Shown here: positions 1-13,226 of the stretch, piece after piece
Position numbering within the stretch: position 1 is the stretch's first letter
How the letters are laid out: the number at the start of each line of letters is the position of its first letter
Source: Octopus vulgaris
Lineage: Eukaryota
Assembly: GCA_951406725.2 (NCBI GenBank)
Contig: OX597829.1
Span: forward strand, 52,328,001-52,392,000
Direction of reading: 5' to 3'
DNA: 64,000 nucleotides
Position numbers and translations under genes: made by a program
The notes under the pieces: generated by a model
Told to the model about the DNA's origin: nothing
Databases searched by the model: none
What the model saw: the letters and a program-made list of their open reading frames with translations, nothing else

Positions 1-1121
1 GATAAAGCCAAGCAGTCTTGCTCTGATAGTCACTTATTAATAAGTAACTATATACAAAATGCTTTCAATGCTTAGAATGCTACATAGTAGTGGTAACTTC
101 TATTATTTTTGATGATGCAAGACAAAAACCATTAACATGGTGGAATGTTTGAACTGGTGTTATATATTTTATTGAGGAAAATCATAATTCACAGATGTCA
201 AAACACTTAAAATTTTTCAAATATCTTAATATTTGACTGAGATATGCCATTTTTTTTGGATAAACTGACATGACCCAGAAAATAAAACTTTTTGAGAAAA
301 CAGTTTTTTGAAGTTGAGACATATCTGAGAACTGAAAGCTTTTCATAACTTTAGCTTTTTGTCATTCATAAAATGTGTAGGCCTCCTGGTATTCGAGCTG
401 CAGTCATTTGTCACAACTTGTATGGAAAAACATCCAGTATTGACTTTGACGCACTAATTAATGTTGCTTATTAATTAGTGTGACTTTGATATGAATAGTG
501 ATGTAATAGTTTCAATTGTAGTAGAAGTAGTAGTTTATCACAATAGTACAGAGATTAGCTACTAGATTATTGATTTTATAAGGAATTGGCTCTTCCTTAA
601 TCATGTATGCAGAGAGGAATGGCATTAACATACTTGATGTGAGGCATTGCATAGATAATACACTCTGTAAGAAATATGATATGCATAAATAAGCAATTAC
701 ATATTCAAGTTGCTGTGAGAGATGGTGGAGCAAACACAGCTGGAAGAGATTAGAGTTATAGATAGAAATGTTAGCCAGAAAATATTGCTTGAAATACTGC
801 AATGTAAACATGTAACTATTATTAGCATGAATAAGTTTGGTCACTAATCATCACCACCACCACCACTGTTTAGCATTCCTTTTTCCATGTTGGCATGGGT
901 TGGACTGTTCAACATGAACCACTGAGCCAGAGGACAGTGCCAAGTTCTAATACCTGCCTTAGCATGTTTTTTTTTTACAATTGGATGCTCTTCCCGATGC
1001 CAACTGTACTGGCTGCATTTTTTCTTGTGGTATCAGTTCTTATGAGGTCACCAAGTAGCCACGAGAGAAGCCTCCACCGAGTGGGGTACATCTTATTGAT
1101 GGATAAGAAACAACAGGAAAA

Positions 1122-1674
1122 GGTGAATTGGTTGGTTGAAGAAAATAAACCATTCTACCCATGTTAGTGTGATTAAAAACAGGTAATGTTATGAGAAAAA
1201 TATGTAATAATGAAAGTCAGAATGGTGATGTGCTGTACTTGAGAAGACCCATCCATCTCAACACAATTGAGGCTCCGTCAAGCCTTCTTCCACAACTCAT
1301 CTTCTAGCTAGAGAGAGAGAGATAAGAGTTTGAGTACAAGATGAATATGAGAGACAGAACAGGATGGAGATCACTGGAGTGGGAGTAGAGTGAAAGATTG
1401 TTAGAGACAGGAAATGAGTTGGACTAAGTGGGGTGGGTGGGGGAATGAAGGAAATAGGGTACCACAAGAGATTGATGGAAGAATGGGTGTTAGAAGATGA
1501 GTTGTGGAAGAAGGCTTGATGGAGCCTCAATTGTGTTGAGATGGATGGGTCTTCTCAAGTACAGCACATCACCATTCTGACTTTCATTATTATATATTTT
1601 TCTCATAACATTACCTGTTTTTAATCACACTTACATGGGTAGAATGGTTTATTTTCTTCAACCAACCAATCACC
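1122..1674. repeat. Long inverted repeat (arms ~1122-1306 and ~1491-1674, purine-rich spacer)
   Basis: Arms are near-perfect reverse complements (e.g. gagaagacccatccatctcaacacaattgaggctcc / ggagcctcaattgtgttgagatggatgggtcttctc). Confidence 0.9.
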
Positions 1675-1934
1675 CTTCAAATTGGAGTTTTTTTGTTTGC
1701 TTTGTGGAAGCAATGTTAATAATCTTTAGTCTGCAAAAGCACAATCATACACACACACACACATACGATGGGCTTTCAGTTTCCGTCTACCAAATCCACT
1801 CACAAGGGTTTGGTTGGTCTGAGGCTATAATTGAAGACACTTGCCCAAGGTGGCATGCAGTGGGACTGAACCCAGAACCATGTGGCTAGGATGCTAGCTT
1901 CTTACCATATATATATATATATTGTTATACTTGG

Positions 1935-2309
1935 GGATGGTCATATTTTACCAGTTAAACACATGCACTATTAATATTTGGTCTTCATTTCAGCTTTATT
2001 ACTATTTTAGTTTCTTTGTCAAAGTTTTTTCATCACATATCCTGTGATTCCTTCAGTGACTCTTTATTTCACGTCTCCTTTTATTCTGCTTATTCCATTT
2101 TTTACCTTTCCAAAAAAAAAAAAAAAAGGGACCAAGGAGGACAAAAGGAGACATATGGGAGAAAGTGTCACTGAAGAGGTCACAGGATGTGTGATGAAAA
2201 AGCTTTGACAAAGAAACTAAAATAATAATAATAATAATAAAGCTGAAATGAAGACCATATATATATATAGTGTGTGTGTGTGTGCTTAATTGGCAAAATA
2301 TGACCATCC
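1935..2309. mobile_element. Inverted-repeat element carrying a degenerate hammerhead motif in each arm (Penelope-like pLTR relic)
   Basis: Arms ~1935-2065 and ~2162-2309 are reverse complements; the right arm reads tgtca CTGAAGA ggtcaca..tgtgat GAAA aagctt tgaca. Confidence 0.6.
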
Positions 2310-2314
2310 TTAAG

Positions 2315-2706
2315 TGTGTGGTAAGTAGCTTGCTAACCAACCACATGGTTCTGGGTTCAGCCCCACTGCATGGCACCTTGGGCAAGTGTCTTCTGCTATA
2401 GTCCTGGGCCGACCAATGCCTTGTGAGTGGATTTGGTAGACGGAAACTGAAAGAAGCCTGTCGTATATCTGTATATATACATATATATGTGTGTGTTTGT
2501 GTGACTGTGTTTGTCCTCCTAGCATTGCTTGACAACCGATGCTGGTGTGTTTACGTCCCCGTCACTTAGCGGTTCGGCAAAAGAGACCGATAGAATAAGT
2601 ACTAGGCTTACAAAGAATAAGTCCCGGGGTCGATTTGCTCGACTAAAGGCGGTGCTCCAGCATGGCCACAGTCAAATGACTGAAACAAGTAAAAGAGTAA
2701 AAGAGT
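2315..2706 (+). mobile_element. Family A composite SINE (tRNA-like head, CORE-like ccttgggcaagt, internal TA/TG microsatellite, tail gactgaaacaagtaaaagag)
   Basis: Many related copies in the window (e.g. ~4055-4420 -, 5417-5811 -, 7040-7427 +, 7849-8250 +, 8264-8680 +, 18320-18700 +, 28935-29300 -, 32765-33170 -, 40915-41318 -, 57476-57935 +). Confidence 0.88.
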
Positions 2707-3261
2707 GTAGAAAGCTACAATGTGGAAGTATTCATTTTGAGAAAGCTTCTTGTATAGACATTTAGTGCTAAACTGCAAAGAGTTGTATCAGTAGCAGAAG
2801 AAAAGCATCCATTAGCAGTGGTATAATTGCCAAATTATGATTTCTGTGTTTTTGCTCATCGTCAGCAGCAAGTATCCTCTATCAACTTAATCATCATTTA
2901 ACGTCTGTTGACCATGCTGGCATGGGTTGGGCTGTCTGACTGGGATGGCATGTTGGAAGGCCGCAGCAGACTCCAGTCTGATTTGGCATGGTTTTCTATG
3001 GCTTGATGCCCTTCCTAATGCCAACCACTCCGAGAGTATGATGGGTGCTTTTACATGCCACCGGCACAGGTGCCATTTGCACGACACCTGGGTGCATTTA
3101 CATGTCACTGGCACAGGTACCAATTTGTGTGACACCGGTATCTGCCCCAACTGCGATTTTGCTTGGCTTGATGGGTCTTCTTCTCAAGCATCAGTTGTCA
3201 AGCAATGCTAGGAGGACAAACACAGACACACACACATACACATACATATACATATATACGA

Positions 3262-3493
3262 AGGCGGCAAGCTGGCAGAAACGTTAGCATGCTGGGCGAA
3301 ATGCGTTGCTGTATTTCGTCTGCCGTTACGTTCCGAGTTCAAATTCCGCCGAGGTCGACTTTGCCTTTCATCCTTCCGGGGTCGATAAATTAAGTACCAG
3401 TTACACACTGGGGTCGATGTAATCGACTTAATCCGTTTGTCTGTCCTTGTTTGTCTCCTCTGTGTTTAGCCCCTTGTGGGTAGTAAAGAAATA
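3262..3493 (+). mobile_element. Family B SINE (Meta-domain-like), inserted in the microsatellite of a minus-strand family A SINE
   Basis: ggcggcaagctggcagaa head, B-box gagttcaaattcc, gcctttcatccttccggggtcgataaattaagtacc domain; other copies at ~16761, 23490, 25665(-), 26125, 26206(-), 42215(-), 47290, 51471, 58258. Confidence 0.85.
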
Positions 3494-3742
3494 TATATAC
3501 GACAGGCTTTCACTTTCCGTCTACCAAATCCACTCAGGGCTTTGGTCGGCCCGAGGCTATAGCAGAAGACACTTGCCCAAGATACCATGCAGTGGGACTG
3601 AACCCGGAACCATGTGGTTGGTTAGCAAGCTACTTACCACACAGCCACTCCTGCGATATGGAAATTTTTGCTTTTTATTTTAAAACTGTTTAATCTCTAT
3701 GTATTTTTCAATGAATTAAAATTTGTTATGCATGTTGTTTAA

Positions 3743-3883
<141 letters not shown>

Positions 3884-4947
3884 TAGTTATTAATGTGTGT
3901 GTGTGTGTTATATGAGATTCTTCATCCCTTCACACTGTGTCAATGATTATATAAAATTGTTCAATAATGTTGGTTGTAATTCTCTCCCTTGAAAGTCTTA
4001 AGCTAAATTACATGTTATGCCACACACACATACACGTATTCTTTTTTTTTTTTTTTACTTGTTTCAGTCATTTGACTGTGGCCATACTGGAGCACCACCT
4101 TAAAAAAGGCTTTAAGCCAAACAAATCAACCCGAGGACTTTATATTTTAAGCCGAGTATTTATTTTATCGCTCTATTTTGCTGAGCTGCTAAGTTATGGG
4201 GGATGTAAACACACCAGCACTGGTTGTCAAGCGGTGATGTGGGGACAAACACAGACACACACATACGATAGGCTTCTTTAAGTTTCTGTTTGTCATATCC
4301 ACACACAAGTCTTTTGTTGAACCAAGACTATAGTAGAGTACACTTGCCCAAGGTCCCATGCAGTAGGACTGAACCCAGAACCATGTGATTGGGATGCAAG
4401 CCTCTTACCACACAACTATGATTGTACCTATGTATGTCTTTTATCTTTTACTTGTTTCAGTCATTGGACTGTGGCCATGCTGGGGTTCCATCTTGAAGGG
4501 TTTTAGTCAAACAACTCAACCCCAATACTGGCTTTTTTTAAAGCCTTCTACTTACTGTAATGGTCTGTTTTGATGTAAACAAACCAACACCGGTTGTCAA
4601 GCAGAAGTTGGGGACAAACACAACCGCACACATTAGTATGTTTGAATATCTGTTTATGAAATCCACTCTCAAGGCTTTGGTCAGCCCAGAGTTACAGTAG
4701 GAGACATACTTGTTCAAGGTTGCATGCAGTGGGACTGAACCTGGAACTATGTGGTTGGGAAACAAACTTCTTACCGCCAGCCAATCAAGACTAATGAAAG
4801 TGTTTCAAACCTACATGTGCTTTCACATGTTTCTTTGTTTAGAATTGTGCTGGTTGTGAATTTTTCTTGATATTGAATAGATGTTTAACCATTTTGATAG
4901 CAACCTGCCTGAGAATGTCTTTGGTTCTGTGATATTAACTTTCTAGT

Positions 4948-5176
4948 TTAACCCTTTAGCATTTAAACCGGCCATATCCGGCCAAAAGTATTCTGCCTAT
5001 TTTATGTTCAAACTGGCCAGATCTGGTCTCTCACACCAACCCTACAATATCGTTTTAAAAATTAACAGCTACTTCATCAAATTCTCAAAGCTCGAAGATA
5101 ATGCATGATTAGTTCAAAACAATGAGGACGAAAAAGCTTTAATTATGGCAGAATAATGTGAACACTAAAGGGTTAA
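4948..5176. mobile_element. TTAA-flanked piggyBac-type MITE (family 1)
   Basis: ttaa|ccctttagc ... cactaaaggg|ttaa termini; related copies at ~9319, 13456, 16421-16646, 49473-49697, 51039-51460, 63387-63586. Confidence 0.8.
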
Positions 5177-5416
5177 AGTGATCTAAATTAAAATCTTCCA
5201 TCAAAATTTCGTGTTATTTTAACATTCCTAATGCCGGCTTAATAGTGACACTTACTTTACTAAATTCTTCATTATTTTCAAAATTGAAACAAAAGCAGTG
5301 TATTTCAACCGATATATACAATAACAAAAGTAGATGGATAATGTGTAGAGCCAGCTGTCACCAGCAGGCGATTATGGTTGGCAATGTATACCATGATCTT
5401 GCTAATTGGTTTAGAT

Positions 5417-5811
5417 ACTCTCTCTTTTACTTGTTTCAGTCATTTGACTGCGGCCATGCTGGAGCACCGCCTTTAATCAAGCAACTCGACCCCGGGACTT
5501 ATTCTTTTGTAAGCCCAGTACTTATTCTATCGGTCTCTTTTGCCGAACCGCTAAGTAACAGGGACATAAACACACCAACATCGGTTGTCAAGCAATGCTA
5601 GGGGGACAAACACAGACACACAAACACACACACGCATATATACATATACACGACGGGCTTCTTTCAGTTTCCGTCTACCAAATCCACTCACAAGGCTTTG
5701 GTTGGCCCGAGGCTATAGCAGAAAACACTTGCCCAAGGTGCCACGCAGTGGCACTGAACCTGGAACCATGTGGTTGGTAGACAAGCTACTTACCGCACAG
5801 CCACTCCTGCA
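5417..5811 (-). mobile_element. Family A SINE copy
   Basis: Reverse complement of the 8264-8680 copy. Confidence 0.88.
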
Positions 5812-6889
5812 CCTCTACACACCTAGATGTGTGTATAGCTGCAAGTAGACATAGATGCTTTCTTGTTTCCCGACCCATTCACTCTTGGATGTGACAAGCA
5901 GAGGGAGAGAAAACTGCACCAGTGACTGGCTAGTATTCATAAACATGAATAGAATGAAGTAATGGGAAATGAAGTGCCTTGCTCAAGGACACACGTTACC
6001 CAGACCAGGAATCGAACCCATGGCTTTATGATCATGAGCCAAACGCCCTAACCACTTGGCCATGTGCTTTTAACTCTTTGGCTGTATCTTGTTGGGTCCC
6101 AAATATTCTACCTTGTTTTATGTTTGAACTGACCAGATCCGGTCCCTCACACCTACTCTACAATGCCATCATCATTATTGTTGTTTAACATCCACTTTCC
6201 ATTCTAGTATGGGTTAGATGGTTTGACTGAGGACTTGGCAAGCCAGTAGGCTTCACCAGGTTCCAGTCTGAGCTAGCAAGGTTTCTACAGCTGGATGCCC
6301 TTCCTAATGCCAACCACTCCAAGAGTGTAGTGGGTGCTTTTTACGTGCTTACCAGCATGGGAGCCAGTCAGGGGGTACTGGCAATAATCACATCATAATC
6401 TCAAAGCTTTGAGATAATGCAGGATTAATTGAAAACAGTGACTAAATAAGCAGTTCAATTGGCAGAGTAAGCTGAATGTTAAAGGGTAAAATGGATAATG
6501 TAAAAATCAATATGATGTTGCAAAAGTTACACGCTATTTCAATAAGGAGAGTTGGTTTGTTTTTTTTTCAGCCTAAATACTTTGAATATCCAGATAAGAT
6601 TTGGTCTCGTGCACCTGTATGCCTGAAACACAGTTAAAATTGGCTGCTTTTCAATTACTTTTTGTTAAATGTCATATGAATGTAGAATTTTTGCGGTCTA
6701 TAAATTGTTTATCATGCAGTTACTTTACTAAGGCATTTAACATTTATTGCTGTAAAAGGACCGAGAAATCTCTTTTATTGTCCGAGTCCATGTCAGTATA
6801 GAAAGCAGACGTAAAATGGTGATGAGGATGCAGATGTCCCTTAAGCAGTTTGTTCCTGAGACTAAATATCCTCATCTCTAAAATCTGCA

Positions 6890-7199
6890 TTTGACGTGTC
6901 TGAGATGAATTTTTGTTTGAGATGATACTAAAGATTTCTAAGGATTAAATTATTTTTAAATAGTGACATTCTCTTGACAAAGTTCAGTCAAGAGAATGTT
7001 ACTATTTAAAAATAATTTAATCCTTAGAAATCTTTAGTAGGCACAGGAGTGGCTGTGTGGTAAGCAGCTTGCTAACCAACCACATGGCCCCGGGTTCAGT
7101 CCCACTGCGTGGCATCTTGGGCAAGTGTCTTCTATACCTCCGGGCCGACCAATGCCTTGTGAGTGGATTTGGTAGACGGAAACTGAAAGAAGCCTGTCG

Positions 7200-7238
<39 letters not shown>

Positions 7239-7462
7239 TTGTCCCCCTAGCATTGCTTGACAACCGATGCTGGTGTGTTTACGTCCCCGTCACCTAGTGG
7301 TTCGGCAAAAGAGACTGATAGAATAAGTACTGGGCTTACAAAGAATAAGTCCCGGGGTCGATTTGGTTGACTAAAGGCGGTGCTCCAGCATGGCCGCAGT
7401 CAAATGACTGAAACAAGTAAAAGAGTATCATCCCAAACAAAAATTCATCTCAGATATGTCGA
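6890..7462. repeat. AT-rich fold-back palindrome interrupted by a family A SINE
   Basis: Left arm 6890-6978, loop 6979-6986, right arm 6987-7039 resuming at 7428-7462 after the SINE. Confidence 0.85.
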
Positions 7463-7523
7463 ACAATGAAACCCTATTGTTTTCTTTTCTGAGATTTTTA
7501 GATTTATTTATTTATTTAAAAAA

Positions 7524-7777
7524 GCTAGTTCTAAAATCCCTCTTATATAGACCAATGCAGTAGTTGTATGACAAGTAATATTTGTAGCTGCTTTAACGTG
7601 GCTGTCCATTGAAGTGGATGCAGCTGGGCATCATTAACCAGCTAGAGGAGATGTTCTCTCAGGGTTATAAAATTGCAGTAGAGTCCGCTCAAATGGACAG
7701 CCATGTTAGAATGGCTATGAATATTACTTGTCAGTACAGCTACTGCATTAATCTCTTGGAAAGATTTTAGAACTAGC
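7524..7777. mobile_element. Imperfect inverted-repeat (MITE-like) element; related partial copy at ~8845-8970
   Basis: gctagttctaaaatc ... gattttagaactagc termini with diverged ~85-bp arms. Confidence 0.6.
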
Positions 7778-7848
7778 ATTTTTGCTTGTTGCAAAATCAG
7801 TGACTGTGTGTTCACTTAAAAAAAAAAAAATATATATATATATATATA

Positions 7849-8009
7849 TGGCTGTGTGGTAAGTAGCTTGCTTACCAACCACATGGTTCTGGGTTCAGTC
7901 CCACTGTGTGGCATCTTGGGCAAGTCTCTTCTGCTATAGCCCTGGTCCGACCAATGCCTTGTGAGTGGATTTGGCAGACGGAAACTGAAAGAAGCCTGTC
8001 GTATATATG

Positions 8010-8049
<40 letters not shown>

Positions 8050-8680
8050 GTATGTGTTTGTCCCCCTAGCATTGCTTGACAACCGATGCTGGTGTGTTTA
8101 CGTCCCTGTCACTTAGCGGTTCAGCAAAAGAGACCGATAGAATAAGTACTGGGTTTACAAAGAATAAGTCCCGGGGTCGATTTGCTCGACTAAAAGGCGG
8201 TGCTCCAGCATGGCTGCAGTCAAATGACTAAAACAAGTAAAAGAGTAAAGAGTATATATATATAGGCGCAGGAGTGGCTGTGTGGTAAGTAGCTTGCTAA
8301 CCAGCCACATGGTTCCGGGTTCAGTCCCACTGCGTGGCATCTTGGGCAAGTGTCTTCTGCTATAGCCCCGGGCCGACCAATGCCTTGTGAGTGGATTTGG
8401 TAGACGGAAACTGAAAGAAGCCTGTCGTATATATGTATATATATATATGTATGTGTGTGTGTTTGTGTGTCTGTGTTTGTTCCCCTAGCATTGCTTGACA
8501 ACCGATGCTGGTGTGTTTACGTCCCCGTCACTTAGCGGTTCGGCAAAAAGAGACCGATAGAATAAGTACTGGGCTTACAAAAAGAATAAGTCCCGGGGTC
8601 GAGTTGCTCGACTAAAGGCGGTGCTCCAGCATGGCCGCAGTCAAATGACTGAAACAAGTAAAAGAGAGTAAAAGAGAGTA
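7849..8680 (+). mobile_element. Two head-to-tail family A SINE copies
   Basis: Two full head-microsatellite-tail units separated by (TA)n. Confidence 0.88.
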
Positions 8681-9028
8681 TATATATTGTATGCAGAAGT
8701 GAGCTGCTATCCTCTCTAGCTGATAAAGTGTCTAGTACTGAGGAGTGGCAGAAATAGCCCCAAGACCAGGACTGGTCTACTGGTCCCGTTGCTAGGAGAT
8801 GGTAGGGGTTCGCTTCCCTGCTCGCAATTTTATTGGATGTAGGTGTGCATCATTAACCAGCTAGAGGAAATATCCTCTTGGTGTTAAAAAATTGCAGTAG
8901 AGTCCACTGGTGTTAAAAAAAATTGCAGTAGAATGGACAGCCATGTTAAAGTGGCAACGAATATTACTTATTTAAAAAAAATTTTTTCTGATTTAAAAAA
9001 TTTTTATTAAAAAATTTTTTTTTTATAG

Positions 9029-9125
9029 CCTATCTCATTGGTACTCTTGGATATTCAACCAATGATGCCAGTTCTGGAAGGAGTTGTCATGGAACTAAAA
9101 GATTGTGCTCTCCCACTGCTGAAGG
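9029..9125 (+). CDS. MDH1: MDH1 coding exon
   Basis: ttttatag acceptor and gtaagt donor; 97 nt; [32 protein letters not shown]. Confidence 0.97.
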
Positions 9126-9564
9126 GTAAGTTGCTTTGATATATAATTTCACCTCATCTCTTGTAGTTTTTATAATCTGTTTTAATACTGACAAAAATGA
9201 AAATAAAAGTATCCATTTATATAAAATCTCATATAAAATCGCATAAGAAAACAGCATCTGTTGACATTAACAGATCTAAGTTTAGACTTTGTTTTGTACC
9301 CTTAAGTTCTGTTTTGTTAACTCTCTTAGTATTTAAACCAGCCAGAATATTCTACCTGTTTTATGTTCATACTGACCAGACCTGACATCTCACATCTACC
9401 CTACAATGTCACTCTACAAATATACATCATTGAAATCTCAAAGCTACAAGATAATGCATGGTTCATTCAAAACAATGTGAATAATTAAAGAATTACATTT
9501 GACTAAGAAATCTGAATGCTAAAGAGTTAATATAGATGAAAATAGATTTTGTAGTCATTTTACC

Positions 9565-9793
9565 TTAATCCTTTCGTTACCAACCCGGCTGAAACCGGCT
9601 CTGGATCTGAGTACAAATATCTTGTTTTCATAAGTTTTGAATTAAAATCTTCCACCAAACCTTGGTCACAATTTATGTTCCTAACACAAGCTGAACGATA
9701 GCTAAGTTATTTTGATAAATTCTTTGTTATATCTAAAATAATTGAAAGAAAACTCAGAGCATCTCAACTGAAATACAGTAATGAAAGGGTTAA
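9565..9793. mobile_element. TTAA-flanked piggyBac-type MITE (family 2), solo copy; another at 14371-14599
   Basis: ttaatcctttcgttacc ... aatgaaagggttaa; same unit as the 61691-63076 array. Confidence 0.8.
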
Positions 9794-10431
9794 GTGATTA
9801 AGTTGGGTGATTAGTAAAATTAAGGGCAGCCATCCAGTTAGAAATTGAACTATTCTAAGAATTTATTTATTTACTTAATATTACAATTGGTAAATAGTAG
9901 CATTGTTAGTCACAGATTTCCAATGTGCCAACCACTGGTTTACCTATTTCTGATGATGAAGGTGGTAAAAGTCATGAGGGAAGTGCTTGTGATTTGGTGC
10001 TAAAGATTTAGAATACTGCCACAACATAATAGAGGTGACAAGAATATCATAGTGCCAACAACAACAACAACATACAAGTGGACGAGGATTCACATTATAA
10101 CAGAAACCAAACCAAAATAGACCATGGAACCTGGTACAAACCCTGGTCTCGCCAGCTCCTGTCAACCCATCCAACCCATGCTGGTATGGAAAAACGGACG
10201 TTAAATGACAATGATGTCTCAGTATTTGAAATCTTGTCAGTTAAGTTAGTCTTTTATTCCTTGAAGGCTGATAGAAACAAATACCAGTAAAGTGTTTTAG
10301 TCAGTTTATTTGACAATGCATTACCCTGACAAATCTGTAGAATAATGCTCATTTTAACCATTGCTCTTTCTGTTACTGTTTATTATTATTATTATTATTA
10401 TTATTATTTATCATTATTATTATTATTATTA

Positions 10432-10464
<33 letters not shown>

Positions 10465-10519
10465 TATTATTATTATTATTTATTATTATTATCATTATTA
10501 TTATTCTTTCTCTTCTCAG

Positions 10520-10695
10520 AAATAACATCAACTGCTGATACTGATGTTGGTTTTAAGGACATTGATGTGGCTCTTCTTGTTGGTGCCATGCCACGTAGAG
10601 AAGGAATGGAAAGGAAAGATCTCTTGGCTTCCAATGTGAAAATTTTCAAGAGTCAAGGGCAGGCTCTAGATAAATATGCCAAAAAGAGCGTCAAG
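10520..10695 (+). CDS. MDH1: MDH1 coding exon
   Basis: tctcag acceptor and gtacga donor; 176 nt, phase consistent; (E)[58 protein letters not shown], including the substrate-loop arginines. Confidence 0.98.
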
Positions 10696-11646
10696 GTACG
10701 ACCAGATCTTTGCTTCAATATATTTCACTCCTTTTCAAGTCTGGAATTATAATCTCTGAATTAAAATAACATACAGATTTAATTTGACATGTTGGACATC
10801 ATCATCTTGTAATGTTCTTGTTTAACTCCATGGCAGCATATGATGAAAATTGTTCTTAGCATGACCATCTCATCTATTATTCAAATGTAGTGTATCTATG
10901 ACTTTAATTAACCAATTTACCTCGAGAAAATCAAATCTATACAAAAAGAAAGGCTTTGGCTGAAATATAAAACTATCAGCAATTATTAAAAAAGTTTGAT
11001 TTTTTTTTCCCATTATAATCTGCAATATTTGGTCAGTTCATTGAGTACTATTTTAAATCTAAATTTTCTTTTCCATGCTGGTAATAATTCAGTGATTTTT
11101 AGCAAATTTGGATACATTCATATTGTTTTAGTAGTTATTTTTACTATCTTTCCTTATTGCTAACTGTAAAATAATTGAGAAACCTGTTGCCTGACAACAT
11201 AAACAAATAGTTATGTGCTTTAGGCACCGGATAATGTATTTTGCACTAGCAATAAGATTGAGGTTAGCTTCTGTACTCCAACCTCTCATTGGTAATTCCC
11301 AGTACACTCTGCTCGTTAGTGGAACATCAGTCATTGAGGCAGATGAAGAAGTTTAAGTATCTTGGGATTCATTCCAATCTAATGAACCTGCAGCCTCCTC
11401 TTAGACTTAAAAGTTGTGATTTTAGGTTCCTGTCAGACCCAAAAGGTATGACTTTAAGGGGAGTTTGATATGTGTTTCTAGTAGTTTGAGCATTCATATG
11501 GAAGCTCTTTCTTTAGCTCTTCCAGTTCTTTTCAAATTGAATCTGTTACCAGTTTTGAGTCACTTTCTAATCCATTTCATTTCACTCATAACCACGACAC
11601 ATTATAATTTGACTACTCATCATTGGCTATGACTGAGACATTACTC

Positions 11647-12080
11647 ATCATCATCATCATCGTTTAACGTTCACTTTCCATGCTAGCATGGGTTGGACGG
11701 TTTGATTGAGGACTGGCGAACCTGATGGCTGCACCAGGCTCCAATCTTGATCTGGCAGAGTTTCTACAGCTGGATGCCCTTCCTAAAGCCAACCACTCTG
11801 AAAGTGTAGTGGGTGCTTTTACGTGCCACCAACGTAAGGGCCAGTCAGGCGGTACTGGCAACGGCCATGCTCAAATGGTGTTTTTACATGCCACCTGCAC
11901 AGGAGCCAGTCCAGTGACACTGGCAACGACCTCGCTTGAATGTTGTTTTTCACGTGCCACTGGCACAAGTGCCAATAAGGCAACACTGGTAACGCTCACA
12001 CCCAAGTGGTGTTTTTTATGTGCCACCAGCACAGGAGCCAGTCAGCAACCCTGGCGACGATCACGCTCAGATGGTGCTCT
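11647..12080 (-). mobile_element. Family C retroposon with (GAT)n tail and internal ~65-bp subrepeats
   Basis: ggttggcgttaggaagggcatccagctgtagaaac core and ccaacccatgctagcatggaaag..gacgttaaacgatgatgat tail; copies at ~2890, 6170, 16150, 18704, 21500, 22960, 36905, 37212, 39240, 52060, 53000, 56430. Confidence 0.8.
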
Positions 12081-12412
12081 GTTCTTGTCCCCCCATCACT
12101 GCTTGATAACTGGTGTTGGTATGTTTTCATCCTTGTAACATAGCGGTTTGGCAAAAGAGACTAATAGAATAAGTTCTAGGCTTAAAAAAAAAAAAAAAGT
12201 CCTGAGGTTGATTTCCTAGACTAAAAAAAAAAAAAAAACCCTTTAAGATGGTGTGTTCCAGCATGGCCACAAATGACTGAAACAAGTAAAAAAAAAAATA
12301 AAAGAATAATGGCGGTACTCCAGCATGATCGTAGTTGGAAGATTGCCAACATTTTATGTGCATGTCAGTTGATACCATTTATAGATGTGTAATGTGTTTG
12401 TTTATATTTCAG

Positions 12413-12535
12413 GTGGTCGTGGTTGGAAACCCTGCCAATACAAATGCTTTAATATGCATGAAATATGCTCCATCTATTCCACCACAAAATTTCTCAGCAT
12501 TGACTCGACTTGACCAAAATCGGGCTCAATATCAA
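12413..12535 (+). CDS. MDH1: MDH1 coding exon
   Basis: tttcag acceptor and gtatgt donor; 123 nt; [41 protein letters not shown] (catalytic Asp, substrate Arg). Confidence 0.98.
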
Positions 12536-12834
12536 GTATGTATTTTTGCATGTTCTTTTTTTTTTCCCTACCAGAAAAAAAATGCTATTTTGGGATTAAG
12601 CTCTGTTAATGGGGGGGTTCATGGGGTGAGATACGTTCAGTTGCTGTGAAGAGTGAATATTCTCATGTATCATAGGCGCACCATGGCTGTGTGTTAAGAA
12701 GCTTGCTTCCCAACCACATGGTTCCGGTTTCAGTCCCTCTGTCTGTGTGTCACCCTGGGCAAGTGCCTGCTACTGTAGCCTTGGGCCAACCAAAGCCTTG
12801 TGAGTGGATTTGGTGGACAGAAACTGAAAGAAGC

Positions 12835-12880
<46 letters not shown>

Positions 12881-12960
12881 TAATAAAATATTAGGGAATA
12901 AATCCAAACTTACAGGGAAAAATCAGATTTAGGATTGAATCCAATTTTATAGTAAAATAT

Positions 12961-13226
12961 TATATTATATTGAATTAGAGATAAAACCACTATTAGGCAA
13001 ATCATACAATGAAAAACTTAATCCAATACATAAGATTAATTAATTTATATTATTTAAATATATATCAAAATTATTAAAATTATTAAAAAAGATAATTAGC
13101 ATAACACAATTATCTTTTTTAATAATTTTGATATATATTTAAATAGTATAAATGAATTAATCTTATGTATTGGCTTAAGTTTTATCATTGTATGATTTGC
13201 TTAATAGTGGTTTTATCTCTAATTTA

